Position numbers and translations under genes: made by a program
From: an uncultured Erysipelotrichaceae bacterium
GTDB lineage: Bacteria; Bacillota_I; Bacilli_A; Erysipelotrichales; Erysipelotrichaceae
Length of the DNA: 8,192 bases
Direction: 5' to 3'
Assembly: GCA_964457525.1 (NCBI GenBank)
Contig: CAYWGS010000065.1
Coordinates: 1-8,192 of the forward strand
Notes under the pieces: generated by a model
Database searches by the model: none
What the model was told of the DNA's origin: nothing
The model's input: the letters and a program-made list of their open reading frames with translations, nothing else
Shown: positions 1 to 7,641 of the stretch, in pieces
Numbering within the stretch: the stretch's first letter is position 1
Layout of the letters: every line of letters starts with the position of its first letter

Positions 1-3
1 ATT

Positions 4-807
4 TTACATTCTCCACATTTCACTGTACATCAAGAATTGGACATGATCGGCATTGAGTTTTGCCAAATGGCGTTGTTTACGAACATCGCCTTCACAATCT
101 TGAAGTAAGAGATTACGATTCATCATGGTATGGACATACACCATTTTCTTAAGCAAGAACCAACTTACAACAGCAGGGTAGATGACTGTTTCTTTATTCT
201 TAACAGTTTTAACTGTTTCCTTAACTTTGTTTTGGATATTTACAGAAACCGTTTGAATGACTTCTAATAAATGATTATAGTTACGGAAAATATCCGAATC
301 TAACATACGTTGAACAGCACCTGCTTTGAGTTGTTCAGTATGTAATTTATCCATAGCTTTAAAGAGATTAGGGTGTTCGGTATTACAGGATGCACATTGG
401 TTCTTTACATTCTCAAGAATGGATCCTTGTTCAGTGAGTGCTAAATAATAGCCTTTGGCTAAGATATACGCATCTTCCTGTCCTTGTAATAGAATTAATC
501 CACAAAACTCTTTATTATCATTCTGTCCATAGACAAAATAGGGACATACAAATTGATACTCAGGGATCTTTTGAACATCTTTGTAACGAATAATTTGATT
601 CGAGATTAAACTATGATTAATGTTAAAACGATAGTTGACTAGTATTCGAAAATCACAATCTTTCTCTAATATTGTCTTAAACAAATTGAGTTGTGGATGA
701 TTTTCATCTAGGCTTGCGACATAATCTTCGAGAAATCCATTGAATTCACAATTTGGATTCCCCTTTCGTTGGTCAAGAATTTGCGTTAGCGTTACAAAAG
801 ATTCCAT
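4..807 (-). CDS. Hypothetical soluble protein, 267 aa, no family recognised. Second gene of the eamA operon.
   Basis: Complete ORF with ATG at 807..805 and TAA at 6..4. A strong SD (AAGGGAGGA) lies in the last codons of the upstream gene, 5 nt before the ATG. Only 2 nt separate the upstream stop (812..810) from this start. No TM helix or signal peptide is evident. It has 7 Cys, including one CxxC (QCASCN). I recognise no catalytic or DNA-binding motif. Confidence 0.7.
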   Translation of the reverse strand: MESFVTLTQILDQRKGNPNCEFNGFLEDYVASLDENHPQLNLFKTILEKDCDFRILVNYRFNINHSLISNQIIRYKDVQKIPEYQFVCPYFVYGQNDNKEFCGLILLQGQEDAYILAKGYYLALTEQGSILENVKNQCASCNTEHPNLFKAMDKLHTEQLKAGAVQRMLDSDIFRNYNHLLEVIQTVSVNIQNKVKETVKTVKNKETVIYPAVVSWFLLKKMVYVHTMMNRNLLLQDCEGDVRKQRHLAKLNADHVQFLMYSEMWRM

Positions 808-809
808 TA

Positions 810-1676
810 TTATCCTCCCTTTATTTGGAGAAACAATCGTGGTCCTAACTCAATCGTTACAACCGCCAATAACATCAGACTGCCTCCCACTAAAACATTT
901 AACGTAAAGGGTTCATTCAATAAGAAGATTGCCCCTAAACTACCAAATAAAGATTCAAGCGTTAATAATAATCCAGAAATCGTTGGACTGACACGTGATT
1001 GACCATAGAGTTGTAAGAGAAATGCGACACCACTGGAGATTAAACCTGCATATAAGACAAAGATCCAACCAGAGGAAGGAATACTTTGTCCATTCATGCC
1101 TCCAAATATAAAGCCAAGTACACTCATTGTAAGTGATTGAATCATCGCAACAGACATGACATCATTGTGTCGAATCACATGACCTAAGAAGATGATATGG
1201 ACTGCAAATAACCAAGCACACCCAATGAGTAAGATATCTCCAATATTTAGACTTAATCCACCATTTAAGGTGAGGAATCCAGTCCCAAGCACCGCAAGAA
1301 TAATTGCGATGACGACACTGGTTGTGGCGCGTTGTTTCTTCCATAAAATAACTGGAATAAACACAACATATAGAACAGTGATGAAGGATGAGTTACTGAC
1401 AGTAGAGTACTGTTGACCATAGGTCTGAAGTGCCATGCCAATAAACATCAATAATCCTGCGATTAAACTTTCTTGAATGAGTTTGCGATTTTTCCAGAAT
1501 TTTTTCTTGATCGCAAAACCACTTAATGCGACTCCTGATAGTAGACCACGCATGCCAAGGAGCATAAAAGGCGTCCATCCAAATTCCATTGCCTTCTCAA
1601 CTGCCACAAAACTAATACCCCAAAGAAAAGCGGCGATAAACAAGGCCATTTTTCCGTACAATGCGTTATTTTTCAT
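810..1676 (-). CDS. EamA/DMT (drug/metabolite transporter) superfamily permease, 288 aa, about 10 TM helices
   Basis: The protein is hydrophobic throughout, with about 10 predicted helices arranged as two 5-TM halves. The N-terminus (ALFIAAFLWGISFVAVEKAM) and the Gly/Ser-rich C-terminal helices (LLTLESLFGSLGAIFLLNEP) are typical of EamA-domain proteins. SD AAGGGAG lies 4 nt upstream of the ATG (1676..1674). The substrate cannot be inferred. Confidence 0.88.
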   Translation of the reverse strand: MKNNALYGKMALFIAAFLWGISFVAVEKAMEFGWTPFMLLGMRGLLSGVALSGFAIKKKFWKNRKLIQESLIAGLLMFIGMALQTYGQQYSTVSNSSFITVLYVVFIPVILWKKQRATTSVVIAIILAVLGTGFLTLNGGLSLNIGDILLIGCAWLFAVHIIFLGHVIRHNDVMSVAMIQSLTMSVLGFIFGGMNGQSIPSSGWIFVLYAGLISSGVAFLLQLYGQSRVSPTISGLLLTLESLFGSLGAIFLLNEPFTLNVLVGGSLMLLAVVTIELGPRLFLQIKGG

Positions 1677-1697
1677 AAAACTCCCTTAAATATACCT

Positions 1698-1703
1698 TAT
1701 AAT
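1698..1703 (+). promoter_or_regulatory. Candidate -10 box (TATAAT) for addBA
   Basis: A consensus TATAAT lies 8 nt upstream of the addB SD (GAGGA, 1711..1715). It implies a very short 5' UTR of about 12 nt. No convincing -35 is present (ATAAAA at 1675..1680) and there is no TGn extension, so this call is weak. The real promoter could lie further upstream, inside eamA. Confidence 0.25.
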
Positions 1704-1730
1704 TATACTTGAGGATTTAAAGATGAACAA
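1702..1730 (-). promoter_or_regulatory. Candidate sigma-A promoter for the eamA operon
   Basis: The minus strand reads TTGTTC (1730..1725), a 17-nt spacer, then a consensus TATAAT (1707..1702). About 14 nt further on come SD AAGGGAG and the ATG. The -35 matches the consensus at only 3/6. The -35 element overlaps the addB start codon on the other strand. Confidence 0.4.
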
Positions 1731-4359
1731 GTCTATAATAACGACAGTTATCACGCAAAAACACGCTCAGAAAGCCGTGATTAAGCATTTTATGGAAGAA
1801 AACCCAATCTTAGTTGGGACTGAGTTTTTAGATTGGAATACATTGATTAAATCAAAATCAATCACTCCAAGTACACTCGATTACTTTTGGCGTTGTGCAA
1901 CACTGATTCATTCGAATAAGAAGGCCTTCCCAATCTTATCCAATAGTTTAAATTATCCAAGCAGTGTGGATGAATTTATACGTTTCATGGATGAAATGGC
2001 AGATGAGAATCTATCCTTAGAAGATTGCCCGGATGAATCGAATAAGGATAAAGAACTTAAAGAACTCTTACGCTTATTGGATCCAAAGTCACATCCAAAG
2101 TATATTAGTCTAAATACATTTAGCCAGATGGATGATGCGACTTCTATTCAAATTATTCCTTTCTATCAAACCTATCCCGTAAAGAAACGAATCCAACAAT
2201 GTGTGAATAAGGGAGCTCAAGTTCGATCTTTTGAACCAGTTGAAACGAAGTATGAAGCGTATTACGCTAAGAATCCACGGATGGAAGCGTATGGGATCGT
2301 ACAAAAAATTGCACAGTCAGATATTGATTATGATAAGACGGTTATCGTTTGTTTAGATCCTGAAACGATTGAGCCTTTAACCCATTATCTATCTCAGTTA
2401 GAGATTCCCTATACCTATCAGAAATCAAGAACACTTATTGAATCAAGACAGTTTATCGATTGTTTGAACTATGTGATTGATCCAAGTATGGATAAGTTAT
2501 TGGATGTGATTAAAGGTGGACTCATCAAGAGTGAGTTTACCCTCCAACTCTTACAATACATCGAAATCGCATCCCCTAATCTAAGTGACTTTAATCAACC
2601 TTTTACTCATCTCAAAGATACTTTATATGTGAATGATATTTGGGATGCACGCAATATCAAACATCTTCTTGAGATTGAAACTAAGAGTGAATCGATTCGT
2701 GAACTCTATCTTCCACTAATTAACTTCGAGATTCAATCTTCTATCGATGAATCCATCAAGAATCTATTTAAGTTATTCACAAGTTATTCCAAGAATTTTT
2801 CAGCGCTTAATACATTAAAACAATGTCTACAAACATCTCTTCCATATCTTAATTCATTGGATATGATTCCTTATCTCATTCATCAATTAGAACAACTCTC
2901 CCTTTCAGAGACGACATCCACTGGTATTCAGATTGTCAGTTTAAAGGATGCGATGATTCCGTATATGGATCAAATGTTTGTAATGGGTTGTTCCTCTAAG
3001 AATTATCCACAATATCCTGTTCATAGTGGTTTCTTTGATGAGGGATATTTTAATCAGATGATTAAGGATAGCTCCAGTGAACGTTATCTTTGGCATATGA
3101 ATCAGTTAGAAACAATCTTTTCTCTATCCAAAAATACCTGTTTTAGTTATTCCGTTGGGAACTATGAAGGCAAAGGGGCTTCCTTATCGTTTGAGATTGA
3201 AGATTTCTTGAAACGTAAGAATGGTCCAACCTTTACACCACTTGAGTTAATTGAAGTAGAAGTTCGACATGAACGTGAGTTTAAACTGGATTCGAGTATC
3301 GCTAAACAACTCTTCTTTAAGGATAATAATCTTTATGGTAGTGTCTCTTCATTTGAGAGTTTCTTCCGTTGTCCTTATCAATACTACTTAAAATCAGGTT
3401 TAAAACTCTATGTTCAAAAACCATTTACGATTGATAGTTCTTTGATGGGTACCATCTCACACGCCGTATTTGAGAAGAGTGTAAAGAATGCAGGTAAAGA
3501 TTATCCTAATTATGGATTAAGGCATTTAGATGATACATTGGATCCCATGTTTGATGATTTGAAGCGCTTATATCCTAAACAAGTTTCACGAATTAATTCG
3601 ATTCAATCTCGGGCTAAACAACTCATTCAAGAGAGTTTGAAATACTTTAGTGAATTGGAAGCTCATACCGAATATGAACCTCTAGCCGTTGAGGTAGAGT
3701 TTAATCAATCGATTAAGGTGGATGATCATAAAGAAGTTCATTTAAAGGGATATATTGATCGCGTTGATGCGCATGATGAGTATTTTAGAATCATAGACTA
3801 TAAGAGTAGTAAAAAAACACTTAATGAGAAAATAGTGCTTAGTGGTAATAAACTTCAACTTCCAACCTATGTACTGTTTGGTAAGGAATTGTTTGATCGA
3901 ATTGCGGCGGGTATCTATTACGCTAGCTTTGGGCAGAGTAATTCTGTATCGATTGAACCGTATAGTTATGCAAAGTCAAAAGGTTATACTGAATTAACAC
4001 TGGAGGATTATCTCGTAGACTATAAAAAGAAGAAACAATGGACGGGATATACTTTTGCGGATGAAAAGAATATCGATGATACCGCAAACTATATTGAAGA
4101 TCTAAAAATAAGAAATGGTGACGTTGTTCGTAAGAAAAACATATCCATTGATTTACTGAACCAAGCGATTCAAGAACTCTATGCCCTTTTATATCGTTCA
4201 CTTGAAGAAGGCATTATTGATAAGGATGTTGTTAAGGGGAGTTGTCAATATTGTGATTACAAAGCGATTTGTCAGTTCAGAGGCGAAGAAAAAGATGAAC
4301 GCAATCGTACGAGTATCGAATCACTCATCGAAGGAGAGCACGATGAAACGGAGTCCTGA
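1723..4359 (+). CDS. addB: AddB (RexB-type) subunit of the AddAB helicase-nuclease, 878 aa. It has an inactive helicase-like N-terminal region and a C-terminal RecB-family nuclease with a 4-Cys Fe-S cluster.
   Basis: SD GAGGA lies 7 nt before the ATG. The C-terminal PD-(D/E)XK nuclease motif is GYIDRVD (D679/D682) ... IIDYKSS (D692, K694). The four AddB 'iron-staple' cysteines are present: C550 (FFRCPYQYY) plus C841/C844/C850 (GSCQYCDYKAICQF). GTISHAVFE and LQLPTYV also match conserved AddB blocks. The gene sits immediately upstream of addA and overlaps it, which is the canonical addB-addA order. No GxxxxGK[ST] occurs anywhere in the protein. Confidence 0.9.
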   Translation: MNKSIITTVITQKHAQKAVIKHFMEENPILVGTEFLDWNTLIKSKSITPSTLDYFWRCATLIHSNKKAFPILSNSLNYPSSVDEFIRFMDEMADENLSLEDCPDESNKDKELKELLRLLDPKSHPKYISLNTFSQMDDATSIQIIPFYQTYPVKKRIQQCVNKGAQVRSFEPVETKYEAYYAKNPRMEAYGIVQKIAQSDIDYDKTVIVCLDPETIEPLTHYLSQLEIPYTYQKSRTLIESRQFIDCLNYVIDPSMDKLLDVIKGGLIKSEFTLQLLQYIEIASPNLSDFNQPFTHLKDTLYVNDIWDARNIKHLLEIETKSESIRELYLPLINFEIQSSIDESIKNLFKLFTSYSKNFSALNTLKQCLQTSLPYLNSLDMIPYLIHQLEQLSLSETTSTGIQIVSLKDAMIPYMDQMFVMGCSSKNYPQYPVHSGFFDEGYFNQMIKDSSSERYLWHMNQLETIFSLSKNTCFSYSVGNYEGKGASLSFEIEDFLKRKNGPTFTPLELIEVEVRHEREFKLDSSIAKQLFFKDNNLYGSVSSFESFFRCPYQYYLKSGLKLYVQKPFTIDSSLMGTISHAVFEKSVKNAGKDYPNYGLRHLDDTLDPMFDDLKRLYPKQVSRINSIQSRAKQLIQESLKYFSELEAHTEYEPLAVEVEFNQSIKVDDHKEVHLKGYIDRVDAHDEYFRIIDYKSSKKTLNEKIVLSGNKLQLPTYVLFGKELFDRIAAGIYYASFGQSNSVSIEPYSYAKSKGYTELTLEDYLVDYKKKKQWTGYTFADEKNIDDTANYIEDLKIRNGDVVRKKNISIDLLNQAIQELYALLYRSLEEGIIDKDVVKGSCQYCDYKAICQFRGEEKDERNRTSIESLIEGEHDETES

Positions 4360-7300
4360 ACAATTAGCTGCGATTAATACAACAGGCAAGAATATTATTC
4401 TCTCCGCATCGGCTGGAGCAGGTAAAACAACGGTATTAATTGCTCGATTAATGAAACGTATTCTTGAAGATGGGGTGAATGTGGATGAAATCTTAGCGAT
4501 GACATTTACCGATTTAGCGGCGACTGAAATGAAGAAGCGCTTAGCGAAAGCTCTTCAAGAAGAATATCAAAAGAATCAAGATGAGCGAATCTTTAGACAA
4601 ATAGCACTCCTTGCATCAGCGCGTATTTCAACGATTCACTCTTTCTGTTTAAGTTTAGTAAAAGACTATGCTTATGTCCTAGGGATTAGTCAGAAACGTG
4701 CAAATTCGATATGTGATGAAGCTTCTGCTAAACTCTATCAAACTCAAGCACTTAATATAGTTTTAGATATGGCGTATGAGAAATCAAGTCCTGAATTTGT
4801 AGAACTTGTAAGTGTTCTTCATAGTCGTCCTGAAGAAGATACAGCTTTAAGAGAAACCATTCTCGATTTAAGTTCTAAATTAGATGCCAAGATTGATCCA
4901 GAGGGATGGCTCAATCAAATCAAACAAGCGTATCGGAAATATAATCATCTATCTGAATTAGATGAACCTTTTAGAGAACATTTCTTTAAAGTTCTTGAGG
5001 ATGATGTGACCTCACTCAAGGATGCGCTTGCACAATACAAACTTCTCCTTACAACCGATCAATTAAGTGATGAACCAAAGTTTCATATCCTTCATCATGA
5101 AAATACAATCACATTGGCAGAAAATGCAGTAAAGCAATTCGATTATGTTTCATTCCATCAAGCTGTATTAATGTTAGCGGAAGTTAAAATAGGAACCATT
5201 CGTGGTTTAGACGATGCGGTTAAACAAGCTCGTGAAAATTTTTATGAAACATTAAAATCGATTGTATCAACCTATTTCAAAGAAGAAGAGTATCTTTCGG
5301 ATATCGTAAATCTAGGATCTCCTATTTCTGCACTCATCGATTGTGTGAGTGATTTTAATCGTGTTTATCAAACCATTAAAGAAAAGGAAGAAGTACTCGA
5401 TTTTTCTGATATGGAAAAGATGGCACTTCAGATTCTCAAACATCCAAACTTTGATGTGTCTAATCAATTACGCAATCAAATTAAAGATATCTTAGTCGAT
5501 GAGTTCCAGGACTCCAATGAAGTCCAAGATGAACTCGTTGAATGTATCAGTCGTGGTAATAATGTATTCAGAGTGGGAGATGTTAAGCAATCCATCTATC
5601 GCTTCAGAAATGCTCGCCCTCAACTCATGAAACGTCTTATCGACTCCACAAGAGAAAATGATTTAACCTTATACCTCAGTAATAACTATCGTTCTAAAGA
5701 GAATATCGTGGAATTCAATAACCAAGTGTTTTCAAACCTTATGAATATCCCAGGTCTAGATTCTCGTTACAGTGATAAAGATAATGTAAAAATTGGGGTT
5801 GATTCACAAAAGGGTGGAGAAACGATTGAACTTCATCTCATCAATAAAATGGAAGAGAGTAGTGAAGAATCGATTAAATTAGATCGGATAAAAGCCAACC
5901 ATATTGCGCAAACGATTATTCGTATGCGTAAAGAAGGTATCTATCCAAAGTGGAAGAACTATGTCGTACTCGTTAAATCGCATCGCGCTAAACTTGAGTT
6001 GAAGAAAGCATTTGATGCATATTTTATCCCTAACTTTATTGATGTAAAAGCTGGGTTCTATTTATCCTCTTCTGTTCAAGATGTGTTACAAGTCTTACGT
6101 TTCTGTTTAGACCCTAAAGATGATCTCGCCTTAGTGGGTGTGCTTCTATCCTCATTCTTTGAGTTAGATGAGAATAAACTTGCGGAATTGCGACTAATAA
6201 ATAAGTATTCCCTTGCGGATGCGTTCAAACAAATCTATCCTGAAGCTTATACAAATCTCATGAACCTTGTAAAACAAGCGAATGAATTAAGACTCAGTGA
6301 TTTCTTGAATATCTTGTATCAATTTAATGGTTATTATGACTTACACATCGATACCCAACAAAGAACGAACTTAGACTTACTTAGAGTCAAAGCACTTGCG
6401 TTAGATGAAGAGAATTTTAGTCTAATTGAATTCATTGAAATGGTAGAGTCCATCCAAGATGAGAGAACTTCCGAGGCAATTCCGGTATCTCAAGAAGATG
6501 ATGTGGTTAAAGTATTGACCATTCACCAATCCAAAGGGTTAGAATGGCCAGTGGTCTTTGTGATGGGTACAGAACGTTTTATGAATCACAATAGTAGTTT
6601 GGTTTATTATGATAACGATATTGGAATTGCGATGGATACCGTAATTCTTCCTGAACGATTTAATCGTGAGAATCCAATGTCGATGGCAGTTAAACATAAG
6701 ATCCTTAGAGAAGAAAAAGAAGAAGCACTTAGAGTCTGGTATGTTGCGCTAACACGAGCTGAAAAGAAGTTGATTATTGTGGATAAACATCATAAGAATT
6801 TGGATAAGGCTCAGTTGAACTTAGATCTTATCCTTGGTAGTCGTGGTTATACTTTCTTAACGTATGCGGCTACTCGTAATATCTTTGATATTTTTGAGAT
6901 CAAAGAAATTGATCCAAGTACCATTGAGTCACATTATGTACCACAAACTCAATCATCAAAGACTTTTACCTACACTAAACCTGAGAAACAAAGTATCGTA
7001 TTTAGACGTCCTTCAAGTCATGATTTTAAAGCTCAAGTATCTCAACTTGATTTAGATTATTTCAATGATGGTAAAGAGAGAGGAACACGTTTACACAAAC
7101 TGATTGAACTCTTACCTGTACATGACTGGAACCATGAGTTAATACATTCCATTGATTCAAATTGTACACTCGATGAGAAGGAAGCACTTCTCTTCTTCTA
7201 TCAAAGTGATTGGTATACCAAAATGAAGTCGATGAATCTATTTAAAGAATATCCATTTATCATCCAACAAAACAATGAGATAGTTAGAGGGGTACTGGAT

Positions 7301-7495
7301 ATGATGGCAAGTAATGATTCTGAAGTTTACTGTATCGACTTTAAAACCGACCGCCATTTATCTGAAGGTGAGCTTGTGGAAGTTTATTCTCCTCAATTAC
7401 AGGATTATCAAACAGCACTTAGACTGATTTATCCAAATCATACAATTCATACTGGAATCTATAGTATCAAGCATAAGAAAGTGATTGAAATTTAA
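4343..7495 (+). CDS. addA: AddA subunit of the AddAB helicase-nuclease, 1050 aa: a UvrD/Rep-type SF1A helicase with a C-terminal RecB-family nuclease.
   Basis: The start is re-assigned to ATG 4343, with SD GAAGGAGAG 4 nt upstream. It is in frame with the track ORF that begins at 4181. Helicase motifs are present: Walker A ASAGAGKT (nt 4406..4429), motif II VDEFQDSN (D386-D390), motif III VGDVKQSIYRFRNA, motif IV NYRS, motif V TIHQSKGLEWPVVFV and motif VI YVALTRAEKKLII. C-terminal nuclease motifs are GTRLHKLIE, VLD(986)MM and CID(999)FK(1001)TD. Confidence 0.93.
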   Translation: MKRSPEQLAAINTTGKNIILSASAGAGKTTVLIARLMKRILEDGVNVDEILAMTFTDLAATEMKKRLAKALQEEYQKNQDERIFRQIALLASARISTIHSFCLSLVKDYAYVLGISQKRANSICDEASAKLYQTQALNIVLDMAYEKSSPEFVELVSVLHSRPEEDTALRETILDLSSKLDAKIDPEGWLNQIKQAYRKYNHLSELDEPFREHFFKVLEDDVTSLKDALAQYKLLLTTDQLSDEPKFHILHHENTITLAENAVKQFDYVSFHQAVLMLAEVKIGTIRGLDDAVKQARENFYETLKSIVSTYFKEEEYLSDIVNLGSPISALIDCVSDFNRVYQTIKEKEEVLDFSDMEKMALQILKHPNFDVSNQLRNQIKDILVDEFQDSNEVQDELVECISRGNNVFRVGDVKQSIYRFRNARPQLMKRLIDSTRENDLTLYLSNNYRSKENIVEFNNQVFSNLMNIPGLDSRYSDKDNVKIGVDSQKGGETIELHLINKMEESSEESIKLDRIKANHIAQTIIRMRKEGIYPKWKNYVVLVKSHRAKLELKKAFDAYFIPNFIDVKAGFYLSSSVQDVLQVLRFCLDPKDDLALVGVLLSSFFELDENKLAELRLINKYSLADAFKQIYPEAYTNLMNLVKQANELRLSDFLNILYQFNGYYDLHIDTQQRTNLDLLRVKALALDEENFSLIEFIEMVESIQDERTSEAIPVSQEDDVVKVLTIHQSKGLEWPVVFVMGTERFMNHNSSLVYYDNDIGIAMDTVILPERFNRENPMSMAVKHKILREEKEEALRVWYVALTRAEKKLIIVDKHHKNLDKAQLNLDLILGSRGYTFLTYAATRNIFDIFEIKEIDPSTIESHYVPQTQSSKTFTYTKPEKQSIVFRRPSSHDFKAQVSQLDLDYFNDGKERGTRLHKLIELLPVHDWNHELIHSIDSNCTLDEKEALLFFYQSDWYTKMKSMNLFKEYPFIIQQNNEIVRGVLDMMASNDSEVYCIDFKTDRHLSEGELVEVYSPQLQDYQTALRLIYPNHTIHTGIYSIKHKKVIEI

Positions 7496-7501
7496 TCAAA
7501 C

Positions 7502-7530
7502 AAGGAGTCATCTAAGGCTCCTTTTGTTTT
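7502..7530 (+). terminator. Rho-independent terminator of the addBA operon
   Basis: AAGGAGTC (7502..7509) pairs with GGCTCCTT (7516..7523) to give an 8-bp stem with one G-U wobble. The loop is 6 nt (ATCTAA). The stem is followed by TTGTTTT and starts 7 nt after the addA stop. Confidence 0.75.
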
Positions 7531-7551
7531 AGATTAACCCTATAAAATGAT

Positions 7552-7570
7552 TCGCAACCATTAGTTGCGA
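7552..7570. promoter_or_regulatory. Perfect 7-bp inverted repeat, TCGCAAC-N5-GTTGCGA. Candidate operator.
   Basis: TCGCAAC (7552..7558) and GTTGCGA (7564..7570) are exact reverse complements separated by CATTA. The repeat lies in the 111-bp gap between the addA terminator and the SD of the XRE-family gene, about 40-60 bp upstream of the candidate -10. The function is inferred only. Confidence 0.35.
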
Positions 7571-7589
7571 GGTTTCAATGATTACGTGC

Positions 7590-7618
7590 TAGAGATATTC
7601 TGCCATAGTGGTTATACT
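7590..7618 (+). promoter_or_regulatory. Candidate sigma-A promoter for the XRE-family gene
   Basis: TAGAGA (7590..7595, 4/6 match to TTGACA), a 17-nt spacer, then TATACT (7613..7618, 5/6). SD AAGGAGA (7630..7636) and ATG 7642 follow. Confidence 0.35.
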
Positions 7619-7641
7619 GAATAGTGTTTAAGGAGACGAAT

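Noticed and set aside
1162-1689. Four short ORFs (60-74 aa) nested in or antisense to the eamA gene: 1162..1344 (-), 1192..1416 (+), 1393..1578 (-) and 1477..1689 (+)
   Set aside because: All are fully contained in a well-supported 288-aa transporter CDS. They have no SD and their composition is odd (Arg/Trp/Cys-rich or mirror-hydrophobic), as expected for off-frame readings of a membrane-protein gene.
2110-2304. A 64-aa antisense ORF inside addB. Similar cases are 3923..4201 (-) inside addB and 6864..7055 (+), off-frame inside addA.
   Set aside because: These are nested in long CDSs with clear conserved motifs. They have no ribosome-binding sites and no recognisable domains. Chance ORFs like these are expected in AT-rich DNA.
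4181-4342. A 54-codon N-terminal extension of the addA ORF, as given in the ORF track (MPFYIVHLKKALLIRML...)
   Set aside because: It lies entirely inside the addB coding frame and has no SD at 4181. Its sequence is low-complexity and unconserved-looking. A strong SD plus ATG at 4343 places Walker A about 22-29 residues from the N-terminus, which is typical of AddA/UvrD-type helicases.
1723-7495. Could the large helicase + nuclease gene pair be a novel anti-phage defence system rather than housekeeping repair?
   Set aside because: Both proteins carry the complete, collinear AddAB signature. AddA has all the SF1A motifs plus a RecB nuclease. AddB has the 4-Cys iron-staple nuclease. The addB-addA order and overlap are canonical. 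Nothing nearby is phage-, integrase- or defence-associated. The simplest reading is the core AddAB/RexAB recombination enzyme.
7552-7570. The inverted repeat as a LexA (Cheo) SOS box, or as a terminator
   Set aside because: The Firmicute LexA consensus is CGAAC-N4-GTTCG. This site is TCGCAAC-N5-GTTGCGA, with different half-sites and spacing, and it lies downstream of addA, not upstream. As a terminator it lacks a U-tract on the plus strand, and no minus-strand gene reads into it.
7547-7592. Two mini-ORFs in the intergenic region: ATG ATT CGC AAC CAT TAG at 7547..7564 and ATG ATT ACG TGC TAG at 7578..7592
   Set aside because: They are only 4-5 codons long, have no SD, and nothing resembles a leader-peptide attenuator. 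They are most likely chance ATGs in AT-rich DNA.
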